Positions 17,527 through 25,532 of a stretch of DNA of 37,376 nt are shown piece after piece. The DNA comes from a virus. Lineage: Duplodnaviria; Caudoviricetes. The translations under genes were made by a program, and so were the position numbers. Location: positions 1 through 37,376 of IMG/VR virus record IMGVR_UViG_3300025392_000001; one strand, written 5' to 3'. The notes beneath the pieces are model-generated. The model was not told where the DNA came from, made no database searches, and saw only the letters and a program-made list of their open reading frames with translations. How positions within the stretch are numbered: position 1 is the first letter of the stretch; every line of letters begins with the position of its first letter.

Positions 17527-19965
17527 ATGGATTTTGGAAATATATTAAGTCAAGTAATTGATAACAGGGTTAATCAAGCGATCCAACCATTTAGTAACCC
17601 TGGCAATTATCTTGAAAACAGATTAGGAATTACTACAGCAACTAACCAATCTCAAGTTGGTCCTACCGTTGCGGCCGCACAGGGACAACAACCTGAAAAT
17701 CCTTTGAACCAAGTTGCTGGTGCTGGACGCGGATATGTAAATCCTGAACCAGTTACACCTGCTCCAGTATCTGGACCAGCAGTTCCAAACCAGGCTTCTT
17801 ATAATGCCAGCATTGCTCAACAAGAAAGTGGTGGTAATCCTAACATTGGGTATCACAATCAAGCAAAGAGTTCAGCCTACGGACCTTATGGTATTACAGC
17901 AGGTGCTTGGCAAGATGCTCGCAAAGTTGATCCAAATCTCCCTGAAGACATTACTAAAGCAACGCCTGAACAAATGAATCAGGCACAAAATGCTGTAACT
18001 TCTAATAACGCAAAATATCTACAACATTATGGTGTTGATGTAAATCCTAACACATTAGCAGCCGCACACTTCTTAGGTGCAAAAGGTCTAAGTGATTATC
18101 TAAAAGATGGCACAATTAGTTCTGCTGCCGCTGCCGCTAATGGTGGTGAAGATAAGGTTCGTCAAATTGTTAATGCTCGCCTAAATGGTCAGGCTGCTCC
18201 AGCCAGTGGTGCTGTTCAACCTCAGGCTGCTACACCTGCGGCTCCAGTTGCGGCTCCTGCTGTTCCTGGTGCTCCACAACCTGCTCCTGCTGAACAACCA
18301 GCAACTGCTGAACAACCACAACAAGGTCCTGCAGGACCAATGTACAACAAAGAATATGAACAATTGAACAGCAATGATCCAATTAATATTCTAGCATTGA
18401 CCAAACATGATAATCCTGCGATTGCATCAGCAGCCAAGGCTCGTGCCTATGAGTTAGTCAAAGATGGCAAACTTAGAATGGACGCACAAAACAAAGTTGA
18501 AACAGATCTTAACAATGGTAAGATTCCTGACATCAACAGAGCTAAAGGCGAAGAAGGCAGTTATCTAAAAGCCTACTTATTTGCTCGTCTAGGTTTAACT
18601 GATCTTGCACAACAAGAACAAGAAAAAATTAGTCCAAGCAAACAAACTATGCCAGTCATGCTTGGTGATCAACACTATGCTGCCACTTATAGCAAAGATG
18701 GTCAGTTGTTATACGCATATGATGAAACAGGCAAGCCTGTAGATGATGCTACCAAGGCCAAACTAGCGGCTAACGCATTTGGTAGTAATGGTCTTAAGAC
18801 TGGTCAAACAATGGGTTATGACAAGGGCGGTAATGTTATTAGTCATACTATATTACCTAACGGACAAGTTCGTTGGAAGAATGAAACTACCAACACCGTA
18901 TTACCAAGTGCCCCAGAAGGTTATCACACAGGTAAGGATCAACAAGGTGCCTTGGCTGATACTGCATATAAACAAAGTTTGGCTGCTGATGAAGCGGAAA
19001 ACAGAAAACAATATGCGGCAACTAAAACAAACTTATACACTCCAGCACAAATGGAAGTCCGTGCTCAAGAAAAACGCAATAAGATTCTTGGTCTAAGTCA
19101 TCCAGGTGGTGAAGTTCCAGGGGTGGCAAATGCTCCAGCGGGTGGTGCTCCTACTCCTACAGCAACTCCTACTCCTACAGCAACTCCTACTCCTACAGCA
19201 ACTCCTACTTCAACAGCCACTGCTCCTTTACAACAAGCAGGTACTCCATTGGCTGATTCAGCATTGGAAGCACAAGCACAATCTATTGCTCGTGGCGAAA
19301 CTAAAATGCCAACAGGAATGGGTGCTAATAACCGCCGTGCTCAAGCCCTACAAAATCGTGTCTATGAGTTAGATCCAAACTTTGATCCAACTAGATATGA
19401 TAAGATGAAGAAAACTGAAGATGTGTTTAACACTGGTAAACAAGGCGAAGCAGTTAAATCAATGAATGTGGCCATAGATCACTTAGACACATTACAACAA
19501 GCCGCAAATGCTTTGGACAACCGTAATATGCCATTGTTTAACAAAATTGGTAATTTATATGCTACCAATACAGGACAGACTGCTCCAGGTAACTTTGATG
19601 CTGTTAAAACTATTGTTGGTAGCGAAGTTGCCAAGGCTATTGCTGGTGGTGCTACTGCATTGGGCGATCGTGAAGAAATCCGTAAGGAAATTGATAACGC
19701 TAAAAATCCACAACAATTGGCACAAATTATTCAAAAGTATCAACAACTATTGTCTGGACAGGTTAAAGGTCTTCACCAAGAATTTATTGGTGGTCATGGT
19801 CGCCAAAGCGAATGGGATAATAAACTTACCCCAAGAACTAAAGAAATTCTTGAAGGTAAACCAGCAGGAACTAATGCGGGTCCTGGACCATACCAAGATA
19901 CTAGTAAAGAACAACGCTATCAAGAATGGCTTAAGAAGCACCCTGAATTTCAAGGAAACAAGTAA
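17527..19965 (+). CDS. Internal virion protein with N-terminal lytic transglycosylase (lysozyme-like) domain
   Basis: IAQQESGGNP (catalytic E-S), SSAYGPYGIT (G-x-x-Q-like) and LAAAHFLG (A-Y-N-x-G-like) motifs; P/A/T-rich linkers. Confidence 0.75.
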   Translation: MDFGNILSQVIDNRVNQAIQPFSNPGNYLENRLGITTATNQSQVGPTVAAAQGQQPENPLNQVAGAGRGYVNPEPVTPAPVSGPAVPNQASYNASIAQQESGGNPNIGYHNQAKSSAYGPYGITAGAWQDARKVDPNLPEDITKATPEQMNQAQNAVTSNNAKYLQHYGVDVNPNTLAAAHFLGAKGLSDYLKDGTISSAAAAANGGEDKVRQIVNARLNGQAAPASGAVQPQAATPAAPVAAPAVPGAPQPAPAEQPATAEQPQQGPAGPMYNKEYEQLNSNDPINILALTKHDNPAIASAAKARAYELVKDGKLRMDAQNKVETDLNNGKIPDINRAKGEEGSYLKAYLFARLGLTDLAQQEQEKISPSKQTMPVMLGDQHYAATYSKDGQLLYAYDETGKPVDDATKAKLAANAFGSNGLKTGQTMGYDKGGNVISHTILPNGQVRWKNETTNTVLPSAPEGYHTGKDQQGALADTAYKQSLAADEAENRKQYAATKTNLYTPAQMEVRAQEKRNKILGLSHPGGEVPGVANAPAGGAPTPTATPTPTATPTPTATPTSTATAPLQQAGTPLADSALEAQAQSIARGETKMPTGMGANNRRAQALQNRVYELDPNFDPTRYDKMKKTEDVFNTGKQGEAVKSMNVAIDHLDTLQQAANALDNRNMPLFNKIGNLYATNTGQTAPGNFDAVKTIVGSEVAKAIAGGATALGDREEIRKEIDNAKNPQQLAQIIQKYQQLLSGQVKGLHQEFIGGHGRQSEWDNKLTPRTKEILEGKPAGTNAGPGPYQDTSKEQRYQEWLKKHPEFQGNK
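19148..19209 (+). repeat. 18-bp tandem repeat x3.4 encoding (PTPTAT)n
   Basis: ctcctactcctacagcaa repeated perfectly. Confidence 0.95.
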
Positions 19966-20972
19966 TGGCTGACCTAACAGAAGATCAACTAAGACAACAA
20001 GAAGACGAAGAATTTGAATTTCGTGCTCGTGCTGAACAAGAAGCTCGTGCTCGTGCTCAACAAAATGCACCTGCGGCTGCATCTGCTGGCAATGGTCCTA
20101 TAGCACCACAAGCAGAACCAAACTTAGGTGAAAAGGTCATTGGTGCCGCACAAGTTCCATTTCAAATTGCCGCAGAGCATCCTGTTGAAACTGGAATAGG
20201 TTTAGGTGCTGCCAAAGCACTACATTTGGCTGGCAAATATGTTGAAGGTCAAAAAATGGCTGCAAATGCTGCCAATGCTGTAGCACAAACTAATGCCGCA
20301 ACCAGTGCCGCTGAAAGTGCTTCAAAACAATTTACCAGCATGTTAGGCAATTATTCTAAAATGAATAATGATATTAGACAATATCAAAAATTAGAACAAC
20401 AAGTTCCTCAGTCATTGTTAGATGCTCAAGCACGCCTTGGACAACAAATTGAATTAGCACAAAGCAAATTGCCTGGTTATAATCCTAATATCAAAGCACC
20501 AACTGCTCCAACATCTGCAGGTCCAGTTGCTCCAGAAGCACCTGCCGCTCCCCGCCCAATGCCAAGTGCGGCACCTGTAGCACAAGCCGCAGAACAACCA
20601 GGTATGATAAACAAATTTGGTCAATTGGCCAGCAAGTATGGATCAGCATTGGCTGAAAGTCCTTTGGGTAAAACATTAGGTGGTGTTGCCCGCATTGCAG
20701 GAAGTGCTCCAGTTCAAGGTGCTATGTTAGCATTACATAGTGGAGATCTAAACACAGGCGAAGCACAGGCAATGGCACAAATACATCAGTTCCAAAATAA
20801 CTTTGCCAAATTACCACCTGCTCAGCAATCAGCCTATTTTAATCTACCACATGATAAACAAATACAAGTTCATGCTATGATTAGAAACGGACAAGATCCA
20901 AGTTCAATCTTAGGACAAACAAATGCGATGACCAGTGGTTATTCGCAAGAACTACAACGCTTGGCAAGATAA
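19965..20972 (+). CDS. Internal virion (ejection) protein
   Basis: 335 aa, A/Q/P-rich, TAATG-coupled to the upstream gene. Confidence 0.55.
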   Translation: MADLTEDQLRQQEDEEFEFRARAEQEARARAQQNAPAAASAGNGPIAPQAEPNLGEKVIGAAQVPFQIAAEHPVETGIGLGAAKALHLAGKYVEGQKMAANAANAVAQTNAATSAAESASKQFTSMLGNYSKMNNDIRQYQKLEQQVPQSLLDAQARLGQQIELAQSKLPGYNPNIKAPTAPTSAGPVAPEAPAAPRPMPSAAPVAQAAEQPGMINKFGQLASKYGSALAESPLGKTLGGVARIAGSAPVQGAMLALHSGDLNTGEAQAMAQIHQFQNNFAKLPPAQQSAYFNLPHDKQIQVHAMIRNGQDPSSILGQTNAMTSGYSQELQRLAR

Positions 20973-20982
20973 GGAATAAGAA

Positions 20983-21432
20983 ATGATTGAACAAGAATTA
21001 ATTAAGGTATTCTCAACAACCTTTGTCACATACTATAAAAGTCATGCGGCACATTGGAATACCACTGGACGCAATTTCTACTCAGATCACAAATTGTTAA
21101 ACAAGATCTATGAAGATATTTTTGATAGTGTTGATGACATTGCTGAAATTGCCCGCACACTAAAGATTGAAGTTCCCTGTGTATTAAGTGATATCATTGC
21201 TGATAGCCTTGTAGCAGATGCACCAATTGTTGACGATGGTGATGGCGATGAATTCTTACAGGCTGTCTATGATGATATTGAAACATTGATCACTGCATTT
21301 CACGATCTAGAAGAAATCACAAACACAACTGAATACAGCCATATTAATAACTTTGCACAAGATCGTGTTCGTAGTCTACAGAAATTCTGCTGGATGCTAC
21401 GAAGCACATTAGATAACCGTAGTATTTTCTAA
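20983..21432 (+). CDS. dps: Dps / ferritin-like DNA protection protein
   Basis: HWNTTGRNFYSDH...YEDIFDSVDDIAE gives the ferroxidase pattern (H, H+12, D-x-x-x-E); C-terminal KFCWML. Confidence 0.85.
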   Translation: MIEQELIKVFSTTFVTYYKSHAAHWNTTGRNFYSDHKLLNKIYEDIFDSVDDIAEIARTLKIEVPCVLSDIIADSLVADAPIVDDGDGDEFLQAVYDDIETLITAFHDLEEITNTTEYSHINNFAQDRVRSLQKFCWMLRSTLDNRSIF

Positions 21433-21433
21433 T

Positions 21434-21676
21434 ATGAATGTATTTCCTTTATTAGGCAAAGAGCGAGAAGACCTCGCAACACATGTGGACATTTGTGCAG
21501 AACGCTACAAAGGTCTAGATGAACGCCTGGACAAAGTAGAAAAGAAAATTGACGATATCTATGCAATGGTCAAGAACAGCAAAAGCGATTTAACTAAAAC
21601 ATTGATAGCCACAGGTGGAACAATCCTAGTGGCTCTTATTGGCTGTGCTGGTATGATCATCAGCCATATGAAATAA
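21434..21676 (+). CDS. Coiled-coil protein with C-terminal TM helix (holin/XhlA-like)
   Basis: HVDICAERY, a heptad coil, then hydrophobic TLIATGGTILVALIGCAGMII. Confidence 0.55.
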   Translation: MNVFPLLGKEREDLATHVDICAERYKGLDERLDKVEKKIDDIYAMVKNSKSDLTKTLIATGGTILVALIGCAGMIISHMK

Positions 21677-22084
21677 TCAATCTACATAGCCATAACGATC
21701 TGGCTTACGACTTACATAGGTTTTCAAAGTCTGTAATTTAATTCCAGTCTTTTTAGACGCATCATGTATGTCTAGATATACTTTATCCCCAATGCGATAT
21801 TGACGAGCTGGTCTTCCAGGTTTTATCCGTGGTTTTGGCTCTGGTTTGACTATTTTTTCGTCTGGATTCATGCTAAGAATGCGTGGATCTTGGAACTTTT
21901 GTATCCTATCTTCAATATACAAGATAGTGTTTACTAGTTCATCTAATACGGGCCAAACTTCCTCAAAGCATTCATGTAATGGCTTATTGAGATTGTATGT
22001 CTTGGACAATGTCTTTAAATGTCGTTGACATTCGTCGTAGTTAAATTGTTCAACCTGTTCTTTGCTTAAAAATAATTCTGTCAT
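21677..22084 (-). CDS. Hypothetical protein with C-terminal HTH/NUMOD1-like DNA-binding motif
   Basis: GDKVYLDIHDASKKTGIKLQTLKTYV. Confidence 0.6.
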   Translation of the reverse strand: MTELFLSKEQVEQFNYDECQRHLKTLSKTYNLNKPLHECFEEVWPVLDELVNTILYIEDRIQKFQDPRILSMNPDEKIVKPEPKPRIKPGRPARQYRIGDKVYLDIHDASKKTGIKLQTLKTYVSRKPDRYGYVD

Positions 22085-22593
22085 TTTAGTGTATCCACGA
22101 TAATATGTAGTCTATTGGTTGTGCCTGCGTTTGTTACAGAATGTGTGATGTGATTATTGAACCACCAAATTTCTCCACGCTTCATATGTAGTGTTTCATC
22201 TCCTGATGTCATTTGAACTTCTGGATTAGTTGCAACAACCAAATGATAGCGATCAGTGTTATTACTATAATATCCTTCATCAACATGTGGTTGAATTGAT
22301 TCGCTGGGTTTAAGTTTGGCAATGACAATACGACCCAATGGGCGATTAAACACAGCCTGCACAAGGGCCATAGTGAATGGAAAGTATTCCTGAACAAAAT
22401 AATCAACGCAGGTTATGTCTGTGAAAAAGTCCTGTGCTACATGTGGTGCCTGAACACTTTGATAACGCAGTACAATGTCATCTCCATGCCCAGCATGTTG
22501 CCTGAGGCTAAGCCAATTCCAAAGTGGAGTTGCGGCTATTTCTGTCAGCAAAGGCTGATAATCAAAGTCTGCTACTTTACGAAAGTTATTCAT
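22081..22593 (-). CDS. Aspartyl/asparaginyl beta-hydroxylase-family 2OG-Fe(II) oxygenase
   Basis: GRIVIAKLKP...IQPHVD (HxD), RYHLVV, GEIWWFNNHITHSVTN (distal H), RLHIIVD. Confidence 0.85.
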   Translation of the reverse strand: MNNFRKVADFDYQPLLTEIAATPLWNWLSLRQHAGHGDDIVLRYQSVQAPHVAQDFFTDITCVDYFVQEYFPFTMALVQAVFNRPLGRIVIAKLKPSESIQPHVDEGYYSNNTDRYHLVVATNPEVQMTSGDETLHMKRGEIWWFNNHITHSVTNAGTTNRLHIIVDTLK

Positions 22594-22784
22594 TTTAATT
22601 CCTCAAATGTTTGGGTGCGTTGGACAATGCGGCATTCACATTCCTTCATGTAATCAATAGTTTTGAAATGCGTGATGCGGGCATGAGCATCTTGTAGTGT
22701 GTTTAGATAGTCCCAGGTTCGTTGCCAAACTTTGGGCGTTTCTGGGTGGCAGTATTCAATGTAGTAATCAATTTTAGGTTTCAT
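22590..22784 (-). CDS. Small hypothetical protein, probably leaderless
   Basis: 64 aa, ATGA overlap with the next gene, ATG 6 nt downstream of a -10 box. Confidence 0.65.
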   Translation of the reverse strand: MKPKIDYYIEYCHPETPKVWQRTWDYLNTLQDAHARITHFKTIDYMKECECRIVQRTQTFEELK

Positions 22785-22790
22785 CTTTTT

Positions 22791-22819
22791 AATTTACAGG
22801 GTATTTAGCATTTTGTCAA
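22791..22819 (-). promoter_or_regulatory. Leftward sigma70-type promoter with embedded TAAATA
   Basis: Minus strand TTGACA-N17-TAAATT; the spacer contains cTAAATAc (22802-22807). Confidence 0.7.
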
Positions 22820-22856
22820 TTAGGTCATTTGCCAAAACGATTGGCTAGATAACCAT

Positions 22857-22889
22857 TTGACAATAGGTACAGATGCTTTATAATAAATA
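22857..22889 (+). promoter_or_regulatory. Consensus sigma70 promoter for the sRNA, overlapping TAAATA
   Basis: TTGACA (22857-62)-N16-TATAAT (22879-84); TAAATA at 22884-89. Confidence 0.75.
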
Positions 22890-23082
22890 ACATGTAGGAC
22901 GAGAATTCCTGTTTTGTTTCTCCAAACTTCTTAGGGTTTACTTTTAACTCGTCCTACACTGATTATTGCGTGTCAATTCTTTAATTGTTGATATTGATCT
23001 TTCTCCACGGCAGGCTGAAATCAAATAACCAATGATCAGTGTGGAAACCCGCTAGGTGCAATGCCTAAGCGGGTTTTCTTTT
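22890..23082 (+). ncRNA. Putative antisense/regulatory small RNA (~190 nt)
   Basis: Own promoter; stem 22893-903/22948-58 (11 bp perfect), stem 22956-68/23030-42 (13 bp, one GU), terminal terminator; loops complementary to phage RBS/leader sequences; no ORF in the track. Confidence 0.7.
23044..23082 (+). terminator. Rho-independent terminator ending the sRNA
   Basis: gaaacccgct-agg...cct-a-agcgggttttctttt. Confidence 0.8.
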
Positions 23083-23096
23083 GACTAAAATTCCTG

Positions 23097-23135
23097 TTGA
23101 CATAATTTTTGGTTTCCTGTAAATTTGTATAAATA
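23097..23135 (+). promoter_or_regulatory. Rightward early promoter plus TATAAATA
   Basis: TTGACA (23097)-N17-TAAATT (23120), the same CCTGTAAATT as the leftward promoter; TATAAATA at 23128-35. Confidence 0.7.
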
Positions 23136-23236
23136 GAAGTACAGCCTTGCCGCTACCTGGAGAGAGATCTATAAGCAAAGATCTAAAATTGCTTGGTTAA
23201 GTTCGCACCTAGCGACAACAATTAAAGGAAATTAAA

Positions 23237-23935
23237 ATGAGTATTTTTGAAGAAGTTAAAGCCCGCATACAGAGCGGAAATAATATTAAACACTTAACAC
23301 TAAACACTAAACATTTAACATTAGATACTAATACACTAGATTTGCCCTCTGGCGAGGGCGAAACAAGTGACCTATTGAGGCTAAAGCCTCCGTCTGGCCT
23401 CGCACCAGAGGTGCTCTCTCCTCAGGTAGGGGTCAGTAGTTCTGGAGAGGTAATTCCCGCTTTGGTAAACGCAGACTTTCAATATATCGCAGTTAGTCTT
23501 AAAACACAAACCAAAGAAGAACGCATTGAAGTTAATGTAGATTTCAAACTACAGAACAGCACAACTTTTAATAAGTTAGTGTTCAACTTAGTAGGATGGA
23601 ATCGTCGCAGAGAGTTTTTTGATAACATTCAAGAAGTTGCTGATTGGCATGGTTATCAATCAGCATACAAACAACAGACCAAACCAGATTACATTGGTAA
23701 AGGACGCCCTAGATCCAAACAGAAAAAAGGAGCAATTCAGCGTACTCCTATTAGAGAAGAAACAGCAATGATGGTTTCTACAGAAGAACAATTGATGTGC
23801 CACTTATGGATTGAAGACGCACATTTTGTTTTACCATTTGATCCTTGGAGTGATGCTCGTAAAATATTTTGTGCCAAAGCAGAATATGTTAACAATCCAG
23901 GTAGCAAGCGTATCAAGCGTGGAGGTTGGTTATGA
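23237..23935 (+). CDS. Hypothetical protein, candidate replication-associated gene containing a putative origin
   Basis: First gene of the early operon, RBS AAAGGAA; 5' part carries 7-bp repeats and clustered hairpins. Function is inferred only. Confidence 0.6.
   Translation: MSIFEEVKARIQSGNNIKHLTLNTKHLTLDTNTLDLPSGEGETSDLLRLKPPSGLAPEVLSPQVGVSSSGEVIPALVNADFQYIAVSLKTQTKEERIEVNVDFKLQNSTTFNKLVFNLVGWNRRREFFDNIQEVADWHGYQSAYKQQTKPDYIGKGRPRSKQKKGAIQRTPIREETAMMVSTEEQLMCHLWIEDAHFVLPFDPWSDARKIFCAKAEYVNNPGSKRIKRGGWL
23287..23328 (+). repeat. Six degenerate tandem 7-bp repeats (consensus TAAACAC), iteron-like
   Basis: taaacac ttaacac taaacac taaacat ttaacat tagatac. Confidence 0.8.
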
Positions 23936-24489
23936 AACATTTAACTCAAGAACAAGAAGAATTATGGCGTAGAGCAGATCCAGAACTATGGGCTGATCTT
24001 GATACACTTCGTGAACCACATGAAGCACCTATCAGAATTTCAAAGGCCACTGGACAAAAATTAACTACCTGGCGAGATGGATTTGAACGCAAAGGCAGAG
24101 GACAATTTCAATTTACTATTGGCCAAGGTGCTGCCAAAGAAAAAATAATATTGAACTTTGCTTGGGGAAAAACAGGTCCAGGTTGTACTACAACACTTAA
24201 TCGTTGGTTTGAAGAACTACAATATTTGTTTCGTAATGAGCACGGTGTTAAGATGTCTAAATCAACTCCGTATATTCCTGATACACAAGATCACCAAGTA
24301 TGGTGCCAATTTATTGAAGTTCAACATTTTGGTATGCCAGTCCAAGCCTATTGTGTATGGAATGGTGATATGATCATTCAAAGCAAAGGACAGCCTATTA
24401 TTAGAGAACATGCTTACGATTGGACCTTTGATTGGCGTAATGGCAAATCATTATCAGAAATGTTAGCATTGGTTAAGGATATTGAATAA
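23932..24489 (+). CDS. Hypothetical protein
   Basis: GGAGG RBS and ATGA overlap give start 23932; 185 aa. Confidence 0.7.
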   Translation: MKHLTQEQEELWRRADPELWADLDTLREPHEAPIRISKATGQKLTTWRDGFERKGRGQFQFTIGQGAAKEKIILNFAWGKTGPGCTTTLNRWFEELQYLFRNEHGVKMSKSTPYIPDTQDHQVWCQFIEVQHFGMPVQAYCVWNGDMIIQSKGQPIIREHAYDWTFDWRNGKSLSEMLALVKDIE

Positions 24490-24662
24490 TGACACCAGAA
24501 CAACGAGCAAAGATACAAGCACTTCGTAATGGTACTGAATATGTTCCGCCTAAGGAACATATTCGCCAGATGCCTAAAGCAATTCAACAAATAAAACAAC
24601 AAATAAACTTTAAAAAATTATTTGAAACAAAAGCAAACAGGCATCAGAAAGGTATAAATTGA
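24489..24662 (+). CDS. Small hypothetical protein (57 aa, not in ORF track)
   Basis: TAATG coupling, AAGGA upstream; MTPEQRAKIQALRNG...INFKKLFETKANRHQKGIN. Confidence 0.65.
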   Translation: MTPEQRAKIQALRNGTEYVPPKEHIRQMPKAIQQIKQQINFKKLFETKANRHQKGIN

Positions 24663-24690
24663 TTGACAAAAAATATAAATAAAATATAAT
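24663..24690 (+). promoter_or_regulatory. Sigma70 promoter with embedded TATAAATA
   Basis: TTGACA (24663)-N16-TATAAT (24685); TATAAATA at 24674-81. Confidence 0.75.
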
Positions 24691-24708
24691 AAATTGAAAG
24701 GCAATGTA

Positions 24709-25164
24709 ATGACCACAAATGCGTTAGACAAACATAGAGATATTGTGTATCTTTGGATGGACATGGTTGATCTTCACTGGGAAAGAATTCTAGGTGAATA
24801 CAACAATGATGAACAATTTTGGAAAACGGTATTTCACTCAATGAACAAAGATGATTGGTGGAGTATTGTTGAAGTTGCCAAAGCAATTCAATTAGCCTAT
24901 CCAGAAGAAATTCGTCGCTTTCCAAAATTCTCTTACAATTTAGAAGTTGTTGAAAAGAGATTGCATCAGGCCAAAGAAGTAATCAAACCTTACAATCGCC
25001 AAGGTTATAACATTCCAGCCACTGGTTTGTTTATGAGTGTGCGTGATACTTTAAATGAAGTAAATGGCACACCTACTCGTCGTTGGTCAGATAAAGAAAA
25101 AGCCAAAATATTAACAGACCGTAAAGTCACTCCCTTTGAAACACTATTTGAAAGAACACAATGA
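24709..25164 (+). CDS. Hypothetical helical protein ending in PFETLFE
   Basis: ATG 24709 downstream of GAAAGG; 151 aa. Confidence 0.7.
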   Translation: MTTNALDKHRDIVYLWMDMVDLHWERILGEYNNDEQFWKTVFHSMNKDDWWSIVEVAKAIQLAYPEEIRRFPKFSYNLEVVEKRLHQAKEVIKPYNRQGYNIPATGLFMSVRDTLNEVNGTPTRRWSDKEKAKILTDRKVTPFETLFERTQ

Positions 25165-25532
25165 ACCCAGAAAAGAAATGGCGTAGATACACCAAAGTAG
25201 GATCTATATTTGTTAACATGACCAAATACCGCCAAATGATCCAACCCGCTGACAACGGATGTCTTGAATACAAGGGCCCTCTTCACAGACAGGGCTATGG
25301 TATGATTGGTGTCCTAAATGAAGCAGGTCAACGCAAGATGACCGTGGTGCATCGTGTGGCCATGCGTATGAAATTAAATCGCGAACTTAAAACCAATGAA
25401 GATGTCCGTCACGCCTGTGGTAATCCAGTGTGTGTAAATCCAGCACATCTTTATATTAGAAATGACGAGCATAGAAATGACAACAACATTACAGAAATCA
25501 CTATTTCAAAAATACCAGTGCTCGCCAAATGA
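25161..25532 (+). CDS. HNH (His-Me finger) homing-type endonuclease
   Basis: GCLEYKG...GYG...VHRVA...VRHACGNPVCVNPAHL. Confidence 0.85.
   Translation: MNPEKKWRRYTKVGSIFVNMTKYRQMIQPADNGCLEYKGPLHRQGYGMIGVLNEAGQRKMTVVHRVAMRMKLNRELKTNEDVRHACGNPVCVNPAHLYIRNDEHRNDNNITEITISKIPVLAK

Noticed and set aside
22890-23082. tRNA or mini-CRISPR in the control region
   Set aside because: No cloverleaf or TTCGA T-loop and no regularly spaced direct repeats.
21677-23236. Classical lysogeny module (integrase, CI/Cro)
   Set aside because: No tyrosine or serine recombinase motifs and no CI-like N-terminal HTH/peptidase recognised; only divergent promoters and an sRNA.
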